A stretch of 64,000 nt of DNA from Variovorax sp. Its GTDB lineage: Bacteria > Pseudomonadota > Gammaproteobacteria > Burkholderiales > Burkholderiaceae_C. Location: the NCBI GenBank assembly GCA_965218415.1, contig CBDCKT010000003.1, forward strand, positions 1,896,904-1,960,903, given 5' to 3'. The position numbers were made by a program, and so were the translations under genes. The stretch's first letter is position 1; each line of letters begins with the position of its first letter. Shown here piece by piece: positions 12,575-23,649 of this stretch. Under the pieces are notes generated by a model. The model ran no database searches. It worked only from the letters and a program-made list of their open reading frames with translations, and was not told the DNA's origin.

Positions 12575-12686
12575 CCGAACGCGAAGGACGCGAAAACTAC
12601 GCGAAGGACGCGAAAAACCGAACCGAAAAATCGATTTGGTATTCCTTTTGCGCTCTTCGCGAAACCTTCGCGTCCTTCGCGTTCGG
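12575..12686. repeat. Long REP-like imperfect inverted repeat, family 2 copy A
   Basis: Perfect 20-bp arms ccgaacgcgaaggacgcgaa (12575-12594) and ttcgcgtccttcgcgttcgg (12667-12686), with inner repeated acgcgaaggacgcgaa units. Confidence 0.9.
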
Positions 12687-12727
12687 ATGTCCGATCCCGA
12701 ATTTCAAATCCCAAAGACAAATCTATT

Positions 12728-12770
12728 GCCCGCCAAGCCCGCGCATCACCGTGCGCGGGGGAGGGCGGCG
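12728..12770 (+). promoter_or_regulatory. GC-rich hairpin just upstream of the ilvH RBS, candidate cis-regulatory RNA
   Basis: cccgcgca-tcaccg-tgcgcggg stem with outer ccgcc/ggcgg pairing; AGAGG RBS follows. Confidence 0.45.
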
Positions 12771-12790
12771 AAAAGAGGCGTCGCATCACC

Positions 12791-13282
12791 ATGAAACACA
12801 TCATCGCGGTATTGATCGAGAACGAACCCGGCGCGCTGTCGCGCGTGGTCGGTCTTTTCTCGGCTCGCGGCTACAACATCGAATCGTTGACGGTCGCGCC
12901 GACCGAAGATGCAAGCCTGTCGCGCATGACAATTCAGACGGCGGGCTCCGATGAGGTCATCGAGCAGATCACCAAGCACTTGAACCGGCTGATCGAGGTC
13001 GTGAAGGTGGTCGACCTGACCGAGGGCGCCTACACCGAGCGCGAACTGATGATGGTGAAAGTCCGCGCGGTCGGCAAGGAGCGCGAGGAAATGAAGCGCA
13101 TGGCCGATATTTTTCGCGGCCGCATCATCGACGTGACCGACAAGAGCTACACCATCGAACTCACCGGCGACCATGCCAAGAACGACGCATTCATCGATGC
13201 GATCGAGCGCAGTGCGATTCTGGAAACCGTGCGCACCGGGCCGAGTGGCATCGGACGCGGCGAGCGCGTGCTACGCGTTTAG
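12791..13282 (+). CDS. ilvH: Acetolactate synthase small regulatory subunit
   Basis: ACT domain ENEPGALSRVVGLFSARGYNIESL; 163 aa. Confidence 0.97.
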   Translation: MKHIIAVLIENEPGALSRVVGLFSARGYNIESLTVAPTEDASLSRMTIQTAGSDEVIEQITKHLNRLIEVVKVVDLTEGAYTERELMMVKVRAVGKEREEMKRMADIFRGRIIDVTDKSYTIELTGDHAKNDAFIDAIERSAILETVRTGPSGIGRGERVLRV

Positions 13283-13291
13283 CCCACCTGA

Positions 13292-14335
<1,044 letters not shown>

Positions 14336-14352
14336 TGACGCTCGATCGTCAT

Positions 14353-14416
14353 GCTCCTGAATTGATAGCTTTCTGCGCACGACTGGCGGGCGCTGGAGCA
14401 CTATTTTATGCATGAC
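14353..14416 (-). repeat. 64-bp dispersed repeat, copy 4 (ilvC-pssA junction)
   Basis: Reverse complement ...ATAAAATAGTGCTCCAGCGCCCGCCAGTCGTGCGCAGAAAGCTATCAATTCAGGAGC. Confidence 0.8.
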
Positions 14417-15232
14417 GATACTTCGTGGGACGAGCCCGTGCCGCGCAAGCGTCGCAAGGGCATCTACATCCTGCCGAACCTGTTCACCCTGGCGGCGCTG
14501 TTCGGCGGTTTTTACGCGATCGTGATGGCGATGAACGCGCGCTTCGACCAGGCGGCGCTCGGCGTCTTCGCGGCCATGATTCTCGACAGCCTCGACGGCC
14601 GCGTCGCGCGCATGACCAATACCCAGAGCGCGTTCGGCGAACAGATGGATTCGCTGTCGGACATGGTGTCGTTCGGCGCAGCGCCGGCGCTGATCGCCTA
14701 CGAATGGTCGCTCAAGGGTCTCGGGCGCTGGGGCTGGATCGCGGCCTTCGTCTATTGCGCGTGCGCGGCACTCAGGCTCGCGCGATTCAATGTCAATACC
14801 GGCGTCGTCGACAAACGCTGGTTTCAGGGATTGCCGTCGCCGGCTGCTGCGGCGCTCGTCGCTGGCTTCATCTGGCTCGTCACCGATTGGGGTCGGCACG
14901 GCGCAGACTTCGCGTACGTGAGCTGGCGGCAAATCGGGTGGGTGACATTCGTAGTCACCCTCTACGCCGGGCTCACGATGGTGACCAACGCGCCGTTCTA
15001 CAGCTTCAAGGACGTGCAGATGAAGCGGACGGTGCCGTTCGCGACGATCGTATTGATTGCGCTGGTGATCGCTGTTATCAACATCGATCCGCCGACGGTC
15101 TTGTTTTCGCTCTTCGTCATCTACGGCCTGAGCGGCTATGTCGTCTATGGCTGGCGCCGGTCCAAAGGCTTGCAGACCAGCCTGGTCAGCATTTCGACCG
15201 ACGAGCCCGACGAGCGCGATTTGCACAAGTGA
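14408..15232 (+). CDS. pssA: CDP-diacylglycerol--serine O-phosphatidyltransferase
   Basis: LPNLFT; DSLDGRVAR...GEQMDSLSD CDP-alcohol motif; RLARFN; FQGLPSP. Confidence 0.95.
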   Translation: MHDDTSWDEPVPRKRRKGIYILPNLFTLAALFGGFYAIVMAMNARFDQAALGVFAAMILDSLDGRVARMTNTQSAFGEQMDSLSDMVSFGAAPALIAYEWSLKGLGRWGWIAAFVYCACAALRLARFNVNTGVVDKRWFQGLPSPAAAALVAGFIWLVTDWGRHGADFAYVSWRQIGWVTFVVTLYAGLTMVTNAPFYSFKDVQMKRTVPFATIVLIALVIAVINIDPPTVLFSLFVIYGLSGYVVYGWRRSKGLQTSLVSISTDEPDERDLHK

Positions 15233-15248
15233 AGCACATGCTTATAAT
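15221..15248 (+). promoter_or_regulatory. Putative sigma70 promoter of the leu leader/leuA
   Basis: TTGCAC (15221-15226), 16-nt spacer, TATAAT (15243-15248). Confidence 0.65.
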
Positions 15249-15258
15249 CTTCGCTCCC

Positions 15259-15312
15259 ATGAAGCAATTTGCACTGGCTCTACTACTGACCTCCGACGGG
15301 GGGAGACGGTAG
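15259..15312 (+). CDS. leuA leader peptide [17 protein letters not shown]
   Basis: Four Leu codons (CTG GCT CTA CTA CTG), including rare CTA, between the promoter and a terminator hairpin upstream of leuA. Confidence 0.85.
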   Translation: MKQFALALLLTSDGGRR

Positions 15313-15334
15313 CGCACGCGCAAATTCCAGATCC

Positions 15335-15372
15335 ACGGCCCGTTCGCACCAGCAACGGGCCGTTTGTTTTTT
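15335..15372 (+). terminator. Attenuator terminator of the leuA leader
   Basis: acggcccgtt/aacgggccgt 10-bp stem followed by ttgtttttt. Confidence 0.85.
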
Positions 15373-15412
15373 GGGGTTGCTGGTGGATTCATCCACCCAT
15401 CGAGAACTCACC

Positions 15413-16951
15413 ATGACCGACCAACTCATCATCTTCGACACCACCTTGCGCGACGGCGAGCAGTCGCCCGGCGCTTCGATGACACGCGACGAAAAGCTGC
15501 GCATTGCCCGGCAGCTCGAGCGCCTGAAGGTCGATGTGATCGAGGCCGGCTTTCCGGCCAGCTCCAACGGCGATTTCGAAGCCGTGAAGGCGATCGCCGA
15601 CGTGATCAAGGATTCGACTGTTTGCGGCCTCTCGCGTGCCAACGACCGCGATATCTCTCGTTCGGCGGAGGCGCTCAAAGGTGCTGTGCGCGGTCGCATC
15701 CATACGTTCATCGCGACTTCGGCGTTGCACATGGAGAAGAAGCTGCGCATGACGCCCGAGCAGGTGTTCGAGCAATCGAAGCTCTCGGTGCGCTTCGCGC
15801 GCAATCTGATCGACGATGTCGAATTCAGTCCCGAAGACGGCTACCGCAGCGACGTCGATTTTCTGTGCCGCGTGCTCGAGGCGGTGATCACCGAAGGCGC
15901 GACCACGATCAACGTCCCCGACACGGTCGGCTATGCGGTGCCCGAGCTCTATGGCAACTTCATCAAAACCCTGCGTGAGCGCATACCCAACAGCGACAAG
16001 GCCATCTGGTCGGTGCATTGCCACAACGACCTCGGCATGGCGGTCGCGAACTCGCTCGCGGGCGTGAAGATCGGCGGGGCACGCCAGGTCGAATGCACGA
16101 TCAACGGCCTCGGCGAGCGCGCGGGCAACTGCTCTCTAGAAGAGATCGTGATGGCCGTCAAGACGCGCAAGGACTACTTCGGGCTCGAGATGCGGATCGA
16201 TCCGCAGCACATCGTTGCCGCGAGCCGGATGGTGAGCCAGACCACCGGCTTCGTTGTGCAGCCGAACAAGGCGGTGGTCGGCGCCAACGCTTTCGCGCAT
16301 GCCTCGGGCATTCATCAGGACGGCGTGCTCAAGGCGCGCGACACCTACGAGATCATGCGGGCCGAAGACGTGGGCTGGAGCGCCAACAAAATCGTGCTCG
16401 GCAAGTTGAGCGGGCGCAATGCCTTCAAGCAGCGGCTCGAGGAACTCGGCGTCGCGATGCAGAGCGAGTCCGACGTCAACGCCGCCTTCATGCGTTTCAA
16501 GGAACTCGCCGACCGAAAATCCGACATCTTCGACGAAGACATCCTCGCGCTTGTCAGCGACGGCGACGTTTCGAGCGTTGATGAACGGTTTGGTTTGGTC
16601 TCCCTCTCCCAACGCAGCGAAACCGGCGAGCGTCCGCAGGCGCAAGTTGTATTCACGGTCGCAGGCAAGGAAGTGACGGGCTCGTCCGATGGCAATGGTC
16701 CGGTCGACGCGTCGCTGAAAGCCATCGAGTCGCATGTGAAAAGCGGTGCCGAGATGGTGCTCTATTCGGTCAATGCGATCAGCGGGTCGACGGAAAGCCA
16801 GGGTGAAGTGACAGTTCGGCTGCAAAACGCCGGACGGGTGGTCAACGGCGTGGGCGCCGACCCCGACATCGTCGTCGCGTCGGCCAAAGCTTATTTGAGT
16901 GCCCTCAATAAGTTACAGAGTCAATCTGAGCGAGTGGCCGCGCAAGGCTAG
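15413..16951 (+). CDS. leuA: 2-isopropylmalate synthase
   Basis: [31 protein letters not shown]; C-terminal regulatory domain (GNGPVDA); start at ATG 15413. Confidence 0.97.
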   Translation: MTDQLIIFDTTLRDGEQSPGASMTRDEKLRIARQLERLKVDVIEAGFPASSNGDFEAVKAIADVIKDSTVCGLSRANDRDISRSAEALKGAVRGRIHTFIATSALHMEKKLRMTPEQVFEQSKLSVRFARNLIDDVEFSPEDGYRSDVDFLCRVLEAVITEGATTINVPDTVGYAVPELYGNFIKTLRERIPNSDKAIWSVHCHNDLGMAVANSLAGVKIGGARQVECTINGLGERAGNCSLEEIVMAVKTRKDYFGLEMRIDPQHIVAASRMVSQTTGFVVQPNKAVVGANAFAHASGIHQDGVLKARDTYEIMRAEDVGWSANKIVLGKLSGRNAFKQRLEELGVAMQSESDVNAAFMRFKELADRKSDIFDEDILALVSDGDVSSVDERFGLVSLSQRSETGERPQAQVVFTVAGKEVTGSSDGNGPVDASLKAIESHVKSGAEMVLYSVNAISGSTESQGEVTVRLQNAGRVVNGVGADPDIVVASAKAYLSALNKLQSQSERVAAQG

Positions 16952-17066
16952 TTTGGCCGCGCTCCTCAATTCGGAGCGAGGAAAAACGCGCAAGTAACTG
17001 ATATTGCGCGTGATTTACAAGTTGGATAAACTCGGCATCCATTCGCCGTTTGCTGGAGTTCATTCA

Positions 17067-18308
17067 ATGCCGCACGTCTCGACTCTTGCAGGGTTCGCCC
17101 AGCGCCGGTTGCCCGCCATCACCGGCTTGCTCACTGCAGCCGTTTTCGCGGTCGCGCTGACGAGCCCTGCGGCAATCGCCGCAAAACGGGCGCCATCCGC
17201 AGTCAAAAACCAACAGAGCTCGACCGACAGCAAGCGGCGAATTGCTGCGGCACCGGCGAAAGCCGGCCGATCCGTGCAAAAGTCCGCACAAGCCGAAAAA
17301 ACTGCGAAGAGATCGGAAAAGACCACCGTGCGGCGCGACTCGCGCAGCGCTCGGGCAGCGCAGGAGACACGCGGCAACAGCAGCAAAGTCGTGCGCGCCG
17401 GGCGCAACGTGGTCGCCGAAATCCGCAAGAAACATGGCCGTACCGAGGTCGTGGTGCAGCGCCGGTCGGTCGTTCGCGTCGCCGAACCTACGCCGCCGCG
17501 CATGTCCTTCGGTGAGCTGGCTGGATTGCACGGCTCTGAAGATGCGCTCGACCTGAAGTCCGGTGTGGCGCTCGTCATCGATCAGGACACCCACGAGGTG
17601 TTGTTTCGCAAGAACGACCGGGCCGTGCTGCCCATCGCATCGCTGACCAAGCTCATGACCGGTTTGGTGGTGAGCGAAGCGCGCCTTCCGATGGACGAAC
17701 TCATCACCATCTCACAGGACGATGTCGACACCGAAAAGAACAGTCGCTCGCGTTTGAGCGTCGGCAGCGTGCTGCCGCGCGGTGAGTTGCTGCACCTGGC
17801 CCTGATGTCGAGCGAAAACCGCGCGGCGCATGCGCTCGGTCGGACCTATCCCGGTGGCCTTCAAACCTTCGTGAGTGTGATGAACGCCAAGGCCCGCATC
17901 CTGGGCATGAGCAACACGCGTTATGTCGAGCCGACCGGGCTTTCGAGTTCGAACCAGTCGAGCGCGCAGGACCTGGCGCTGCTGGTCAATGCGGCTTCGC
18001 GCGATGCGATGGTGCGCCAGTATTCCACCTCTTCCGAATACCAGGTCGAAGTCGGCAACAGGGTGCTCCAGTACACCACCACCAACCGACTGGTTCGCAA
18101 CCCCGACTGGGACATCGGTGTTCAAAAGACCGGCTATATCAGCGAGGCGGGTCAATGCCTCGTGATGCAGACCCGCATTGCCGGACGCAAGCTGATCATG
18201 GTGTTCCTCGATTCGACCGGCAAGTTCAGCCGCATCGGCGATGCCGAGCGTGTGAGGCGCTGGATCGAGGGCTCGCATGTTGCAGCCCTGGCAAGCGCTG
18301 CGGGCTGA
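17067..18308 (+). CDS. pbpG: D-alanyl-D-alanine endopeptidase (PBP7)
   Basis: SxxK (ASLTK), SEN and KTG motifs after a basic low-complexity N-terminus. Confidence 0.9.
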   Translation: MPHVSTLAGFAQRRLPAITGLLTAAVFAVALTSPAAIAAKRAPSAVKNQQSSTDSKRRIAAAPAKAGRSVQKSAQAEKTAKRSEKTTVRRDSRSARAAQETRGNSSKVVRAGRNVVAEIRKKHGRTEVVVQRRSVVRVAEPTPPRMSFGELAGLHGSEDALDLKSGVALVIDQDTHEVLFRKNDRAVLPIASLTKLMTGLVVSEARLPMDELITISQDDVDTEKNSRSRLSVGSVLPRGELLHLALMSSENRAAHALGRTYPGGLQTFVSVMNAKARILGMSNTRYVEPTGLSSSNQSSAQDLALLVNAASRDAMVRQYSTSSEYQVEVGNRVLQYTTTNRLVRNPDWDIGVQKTGYISEAGQCLVMQTRIAGRKLIMVFLDSTGKFSRIGDAERVRRWIEGSHVAALASAAG

Positions 18309-18421
18309 CTTACCGCTGCCACGGATGATGATGCGCTGACGAGGCGCGAAATGCGGGCGAAAACCCGCTGAACCCGCCCGCTTAGAGTAGCCAGCGCGCG
18401 GCTACGCATTCGGAAAACTGC

Positions 18422-19216
18422 TCAGGTCGGCGGTTGCGCGCCAATCCCATGCCCGAGCGCGTTCGAAATTTCGTCCGCAGTCGCCTGCAGCTTCGGCATC
18501 CAGCTGTCGTCGAGCCGGTCGGCTGGCGCGGAGATCGACAGTCCCGCCACGAGCTTGCCCTGGTCGTCTCGGATGCCGGCGCCGATGCATCGCACGCCCA
18601 GCTCCAGTTCTTCGTTGTCTCGGGCCTGACCATCGTGCCGCGCCTTGTCGAGTTCGCGCTCCAGCGCAGACAACTGCGTGATGCTGTTGCGCGTGTGGCC
18701 GGCCAGCCCGGTTCGCGTGGCATAGCTGCGCACGCGTTGCGGCTCGTCTGCCGCCAGAAACAGCTTGCCGACCGACGTCAGGTGCAGCGGCGCACGCCCA
18801 CCGATCGCCCGCACCACCTGCATGCCCGATCGCTCGCTATACGTGCGCTCGATGTAGACGATTTCGTCGCCTTGCCGCATGCTCAAGTTAACTGGCTGCT
18901 GGGTCAGTTTGTGCAGCTCGCGCATCGGCGCCAGCGCGGCGTCGCGCACGTTGAGGCGCCCTTTAACCAAGTTACCGAGCTCGAGCAACCGCATGCCGAG
19001 CCGATAGCTTCCCGCCTCGGGTCGGTCGACAAAGCGGCCCAATGCCAGGTCGTTGAGGATGCGGTGGGTCGTCGAAGGATGCAGCCCCGTCTTCTCGCTG
19101 ATTTCTTTGAGCGTGAATGCTTCCTCGCGCGACGCCAGAACGTCGATGAGCGAGAACATGCGCTCGATGACCTGGATCACAGGCGCGGCGGGAAGGTCGG
19201 ATCGGGCTTTGCTCAT
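18422..19216 (-). CDS. IclR family transcriptional regulator
   Basis: HTH (GLHPSTTHRIL), PLHLTSVGK, DNEELELGVRCIG. Confidence 0.93.
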   Translation of the reverse strand: MSKARSDLPAAPVIQVIERMFSLIDVLASREEAFTLKEISEKTGLHPSTTHRILNDLALGRFVDRPEAGSYRLGMRLLELGNLVKGRLNVRDAALAPMRELHKLTQQPVNLSMRQGDEIVYIERTYSERSGMQVVRAIGGRAPLHLTSVGKLFLAADEPQRVRSYATRTGLAGHTRNSITQLSALERELDKARHDGQARDNEELELGVRCIGAGIRDDQGKLVAGLSISAPADRLDDSWMPKLQATADEISNALGHGIGAQPPT

Positions 19217-19312
19217 GCCGGCAAAAAAATCGGATGAAGTTCCGTCATTTTACTTCGTGAAATTACCGATTCCGGGAAATTACGCGGCTTCGTCCCGGGC
19301 GCGCAGTGCTTT

Positions 19313-20068
19313 TCAGTCCAACGCACCTGGCGGACCGCTTCGCCAGTGCCCATCGATCAAAAGTTCATGCGGCAGGAAGTGCGCCTTGTAATTCATCTTG
19401 CTACTGCCCTCGATCCAGTAGCCGAGATAGACATGCGGCAACTCGAGCCTGCGCGCCTGCGCGATTTGCCATAGCACGCTGTAGTTGCCGTAACCCGCGC
19501 CCCGCTCGGGCTCGTAGAAGGTGTAGACCGCCGAGATACCGTCGTCGAGCACGTCGAGGATAGAGACCATCTTGAGCGCGCCCGGGCTACCGTCCGGCTG
19601 CGGTGGATCGCGAAACTCGACCAGCCGCGAATTGACCCGACTTTGCAGCAGGAACTGGGTGTACTGATCGATGCTGTCGTGGTCCATGCCACCGCCGGCA
19701 TGGCGCCCGTTCTGATAGCGCAGATAGAGCCGGTAATGCTCGGGCACGAAGCACAGTTTCAACACGCGGGTCTGCAGCGACGCGTGCCGCGCCTGCGCCC
19801 GGCGCTGGCTGCGGTTGGGCGCAAACCCGGCTGCGTCGACCCGCAACGGAATGCAGGCCTGGCAACCATCGCAATACGGTCGGTAGGTGAACATGCCGCT
19901 GCGTCGGAAGCCGCCGACCACCAACCCGGAATACACGTCGTTGTGGATCAGATGGCTTGGCGTCGCGACCTGTGAGCGCGCCTGCCGGTCAGGCAGATAG
20001 CTGCAGGGGTAGGACGCCGTTGCATAGAACTGCAACGTGTGGAGCGGAAGGTCCTTGAGGTCGGTCAC
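19313..20068 (-). CDS. bpt: Arginyl-transferase-like Asp/Glu leucyltransferase (ATE/Bpt, N-degron pathway)
   Basis: [29 protein letters not shown] and YLGYWI motifs; overlaps aat. Confidence 0.88.
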   Translation of the reverse strand: MTDLKDLPLHTLQFYATASYPCSYLPDRQARSQVATPSHLIHNDVYSGLVVGGFRRSGMFTYRPYCDGCQACIPLRVDAAGFAPNRSQRRAQARHASLQTRVLKLCFVPEHYRLYLRYQNGRHAGGGMDHDSIDQYTQFLLQSRVNSRLVEFRDPPQPDGSPGALKMVSILDVLDDGISAVYTFYEPERGAGYGNYSVLWQIAQARRLELPHVYLGYWIEGSSKMNYKAHFLPHELLIDGHWRSGPPGALD

Positions 20069-20817
20069 GTCGAGATGGAAGGGCGCGCGGGAAGCAGTTC
20101 ATTCCAGTATACGGATTCGAATTTCCATTCGGGTGCGACGAGATTGCGGGCCGCACCCACGTGACTGGCAAACGCTTCGCGCGAAATTTCATGCGCACCG
20201 AAACTGGCCAGATGCTGCGTGTTCTGCTGGCAGTCGATCATGGCGATGCCGCTTCGGCGGCATAACGCGACCAGCGCAGCGAGCGCGATCTTCGACGCAT
20301 CGGGCCGAAGCGCGAACATCGACTCGCCGAACACCGCCTTGCCGATGGCCACGAAATAAAGCCCGCCTGCCAGTTCGCCGTCGATCCAGGTCTCGACGCT
20401 GTGCGCGTGGCCTGCGGCGTGCAGCGCCCGGTAGGCGCGCAACATGTCGGGCACGATCCAGGTGCCCGACTGGCCCGCGCGCGGCATCCGCGAGCAAGCG
20501 CCGATGACCGTGCCGAAGCTGTGATCGACGCGGATCTCGCAACCCGTCTGGCGAGCGAATTTGGCCAATGTCTTCCTGAACGACCGATGCACCCTGAATT
20601 GCGAGACCTCGAGCACCATTCGCGGATCGGGGCTCCACCAGAGGATCGGTTGGCCGTCGCTGAACCACGGAAAGATCGCCTGGCTATAGGCGTCGAGCAG
20701 CTGCGCCACATCGAGCGTGCCGCCGGCCGCGAGCAGGCCCGGCACCGGGTCGGCCTCGCTCCAGGCATTGCTCGGGTCGGGAAACGGGTCGCCGGGTGCG
20801 AGCCAGGGCAGTTTCAT
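20065..20817 (-). CDS. aat: Leucyl/phenylalanyl-tRNA--protein transferase
   Basis: GLLAAGG, FPWFS, WWSPDPR, AHSVETW, FGESMF and [10 protein letters not shown] motifs. Confidence 0.95.
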   Translation of the reverse strand: MKLPWLAPGDPFPDPSNAWSEADPVPGLLAAGGTLDVAQLLDAYSQAIFPWFSDGQPILWWSPDPRMVLEVSQFRVHRSFRKTLAKFARQTGCEIRVDHSFGTVIGACSRMPRAGQSGTWIVPDMLRAYRALHAAGHAHSVETWIDGELAGGLYFVAIGKAVFGESMFALRPDASKIALAALVALCRRSGIAMIDCQQNTQHLASFGAHEISREAFASHVGAARNLVAPEWKFESVYWNELLPARPSIST

Positions 20818-20943
20818 GGGCAGGAGGTATACACGGTCGAGCGCCCGGGCGCGTAGAGCAGATTCCCGGCGCGCCTTTTATAGTGGCGGCTCTGCGTCGT
20901 CTTCCGCTTCGGATCGCCGCCAAAACCACATTCCAGGAATCCC

Positions 20944-23274
20944 ATGAATCCATCCGATGTTCCCGCCATGCGTTTCGGCAGCGGACAGGCCGTGCGCCGG
21001 CTCGAAGACGATGCGCTGCTGCGCGGTGTGGGCCAGTACACCGCCGACTTCGCGCCGACCGGCGAAGCTTTCGTTTCGTTCGTGCGCTCGCCGCATCCGC
21101 ATGCCGAAATCGCTTCGGTCGACGCGAAAGCCGCCTCGCAAATGCCTGGCGTGCTGCGCGTTGTCACGGGCGCCGATCTGGCCCAGGCTGGTGTCAAGCC
21201 GATGCCCGGTCCGGCGGGCTTCAAGCGACCCGGCGGCGGCGATTGCGTTTCGCCGCCGCGTTGGCCGCTCGCGCACAAGCGGGTGCGCTTTGTCGGCGAA
21301 GCGGTCGCGGTGGTGGTCGCCGAAACGCAGCAGCAAGCGCGGGACGCGGCCGAAGCCGTCGATGTTCAGTACGAGCTGCTGCCGATTGCGATCGACATGG
21401 CTTCGGCACTCGCGTCCGGTGCGCCGGTGATTTGCGAGGAGGCGCCCGACAACATCGCCGCCGAGATGCGCCACGGCAGCATCGAGAAAACCAACGAAGC
21501 CTTCGCCAAAGCCAAACACTCGGTGTCTCTGCATATCGTCAACCAGCGCCTTGCTGCGCTCACGATCGAGCCGCGTACCGTGCTCGCGCACATCGATACC
21601 GAATCGAAGCGCCTGACCGTGCGCCTTTCCACCCAGATGCCGACCGGCGCGCGCGATTCGGTCTGCGATTCGCTCGGGTTGCCCAAGGAAGACGTACGGG
21701 TCGTGGTCGGCGATGTCGGTGGCGGCTTCGGCATGAAAACCGGCGCCTATCCCGAAGACATCGCGGTCGCGTACTGCGCAAAATTGCTCGACCGGCCGGT
21801 CAAATGGGTGTCGGAACGCAGCGAAGAATTCTTGGCGACCACGCACGGCCGCGATGTCGATATCAAAGCCGAACTCGCGCTCGACGAACACGGCAAGATC
21901 CTCGCGCTGCGCATCGCCACGCTCGCCAACGCGGGCGGCTACGCGACCGGCACCACGGTCGCGATCCAGCTTTTGATCGGCCCGTGGGTGCAGACCAGCG
22001 TCTACGACATTCAAACGATCGACTTCGACTTCAAGGCGGTGCTGACCAACACCGCACCCACCGGCGCCTACCGCGGCGCGGGCCGGCCCGAAACCATCCA
22101 CACGATCGAGCGGCTGATGGACGAAGCCGCACGCCAGACCGGCATCGACCGCATCGAACTGCGCCGGCGCAACTTCATCCGCCCCGAGCAGATGCCTTAC
22201 ACGAATCCGATGGCGCAGACCTACGACACCGGCATGTTCGAGTCGATCATGGACCAGGGTTTGAAGCTCGCCGACTGGCAGGGCTTCGACGCGCGCGCCG
22301 CTGAATCGAAAAAACGCGGCAAGGTGCGCGGGCTCGGCATCGCGACCTTTCTCGAATGGACCGGCGGCAATGTATTCGAGGAGCGCGTCACGCTGTCGGT
22401 TCAAGCCGACGGCATCATCGAAGTGTTTTCGGCCGTGAATGCGATGGGGCAGGGCATCGCGACCACGCTCGCGCAACTGGTCGTCGATGCTTTCGGTGTG
22501 CCGATCGAGCAGGTGCGCGTGGTGCTAGGCGACACCGATCGCGGCACCGGTTTCGGCAGCGCGGGATCGCGATCGCTTTTCACCGGCGGTTCAGCCGTGC
22601 GCGTTGGCGCCGACCGCACTATCGACAAGGCGAGAAAGCTCGCCGCCGATCACTTCGAAGCGGCCGCCGACGACGTGCAATACGAAGCTGGCAATTTCAG
22701 CGTCGCCGGCACCGACCTGCGCATCGAACTGTATGAACTCGCCGGCCGCCAAGCCCACAAGCGCATCGACATGGATTCGACCAGCACCGTCGCCGGCCCG
22801 ACCTGGCCCAACGGCTGCCACATCGCGGAAGTCGAGCTCGACCCCGACACCGGCGACGTGCAGGTCGTCGCCTATGCCTCGGTCAACGACGTCGGCAAAG
22901 TCGTCAACCCGATGATCGTGCGCGGCCAGCTCGAAGGCGGCGCCGTGCAGGGCATCGGCCAGGCGCTGTACGAGCACATGGTCTACGACAACGAAACCGG
23001 CCAGCCCGTGACCGGAAGCCTGATGGACTACGCCGCGCCGCGCGCCGATGTACTGGTCGATATCAAAACCGAAATGGACCCGTCGATCCCTTGCAAGAAC
23101 AACGCGCTCGGCGTCAAAGGCGTCGGCGAACTTGGCACCATCGGCGCCACGCCCGCGGTCGTCAACGCCGTCGCCGATGCGCTCGCACGACACGGCCGCG
23201 CCGCGCTCGCACCCCGCTTGCAGATGCCGGCGAGCGCGGCGCGTGTGTGGGTGTTGCTGCAGGAAGCGGACTGA
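20944..23274 (+). CDS. Xanthine dehydrogenase family molybdopterin large subunit (CoxL form II/CutL-like), standalone
   Basis: RRLEDDALLRG, DVGGGFGMK, AYRGAGRPE, MGQG, DVGKVVNP, QGIGQAL and KGVGE motifs. Confidence 0.92.
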   Translation: MNPSDVPAMRFGSGQAVRRLEDDALLRGVGQYTADFAPTGEAFVSFVRSPHPHAEIASVDAKAASQMPGVLRVVTGADLAQAGVKPMPGPAGFKRPGGGDCVSPPRWPLAHKRVRFVGEAVAVVVAETQQQARDAAEAVDVQYELLPIAIDMASALASGAPVICEEAPDNIAAEMRHGSIEKTNEAFAKAKHSVSLHIVNQRLAALTIEPRTVLAHIDTESKRLTVRLSTQMPTGARDSVCDSLGLPKEDVRVVVGDVGGGFGMKTGAYPEDIAVAYCAKLLDRPVKWVSERSEEFLATTHGRDVDIKAELALDEHGKILALRIATLANAGGYATGTTVAIQLLIGPWVQTSVYDIQTIDFDFKAVLTNTAPTGAYRGAGRPETIHTIERLMDEAARQTGIDRIELRRRNFIRPEQMPYTNPMAQTYDTGMFESIMDQGLKLADWQGFDARAAESKKRGKVRGLGIATFLEWTGGNVFEERVTLSVQADGIIEVFSAVNAMGQGIATTLAQLVVDAFGVPIEQVRVVLGDTDRGTGFGSAGSRSLFTGGSAVRVGADRTIDKARKLAADHFEAAADDVQYEAGNFSVAGTDLRIELYELAGRQAHKRIDMDSTSTVAGPTWPNGCHIAEVELDPDTGDVQVVAYASVNDVGKVVNPMIVRGQLEGGAVQGIGQALYEHMVYDNETGQPVTGSLMDYAAPRADVLVDIKTEMDPSIPCKNNALGVKGVGELGTIGATPAVVNAVADALARHGRAALAPRLQMPASAARVWVLLQEAD

Positions 23275-23275
23275 G

Positions 23276-23339
23276 AATTTAAGAGAAAAGTCGCTGGAAC
23301 GTCCGGTGGACGTTCGCAGACAGCTATGTAAATGATAGC
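23276..23339 (+). repeat. 64-bp dispersed repeat, copy 5 (2 nt after the coxL-like stop)
   Basis: AATTTAAGAGAAAAGTCGCTGGAACGTCCGGTGGACGTTCGCAGACAGCTATGTAAATGATAGC. Confidence 0.9.
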
Positions 23340-23438
23340 AACCGTCTGCTGCAGACCTCACGGCAGCCGAGCGCTGCTTCGTCGGCGGATGCGTTTTCTT
23401 GTCGCCGCCGGCCTCGAAGAGCCCACGTGACGCGACGT

Positions 23439-23444
23439 TATAAT
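23439..23444 (+). promoter_or_regulatory. -10 box of the tRNA-Asn promoter
   Basis: TATAAT 12 nt upstream of the mature tRNA 5' end; -35 box not clear. Confidence 0.55.
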
Positions 23445-23456
23445 CGTTGGTTGCAT

Positions 23457-23532
23457 TCCTCGATAGCTCAGTTGGTAGAGCGCCGGACTGTTAATCCGTA
23501 GGTCCCTGGTTCGAGCCCAGGTCGAGGAGCCA
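23457..23532 (+). tRNA. tRNA-Asn (GTT)
   Basis: TCCTCGA acceptor arm pairs with TCGAGGA; D arm AGCTCAGTTGGTAGAGC; anticodon loop ct-GTT-aa; T arm GGTTCGAGCC; encoded CCA; 76 nt. Confidence 0.98.
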
Positions 23533-23540
23533 AAAAATCC

Positions 23541-23571
23541 AAGCCCCTGCAGCGTTCTGCAGGGGCTTTTT
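23541..23571 (+). terminator. Intrinsic terminator after tRNA-Asn
   Basis: aagcccctgcag-cgtt-ctgcaggggctt 12-bp stem followed by a T run. Confidence 0.9.
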
Positions 23572-23649
23572 CGTTTCACCTTTTGACTTTGAACTTCCCG
23601 GTTGCATGGCCCGCAAAAGGGCAAGTACAGCGAAGACCACAAAGAGCAA

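Noticed and set aside
20944-23274. Aerobic CO dehydrogenase (form I CoxL)
   Set aside because: Has AYRGAGR rather than AYxCSFR and lacks coxM, coxS and accessory genes.
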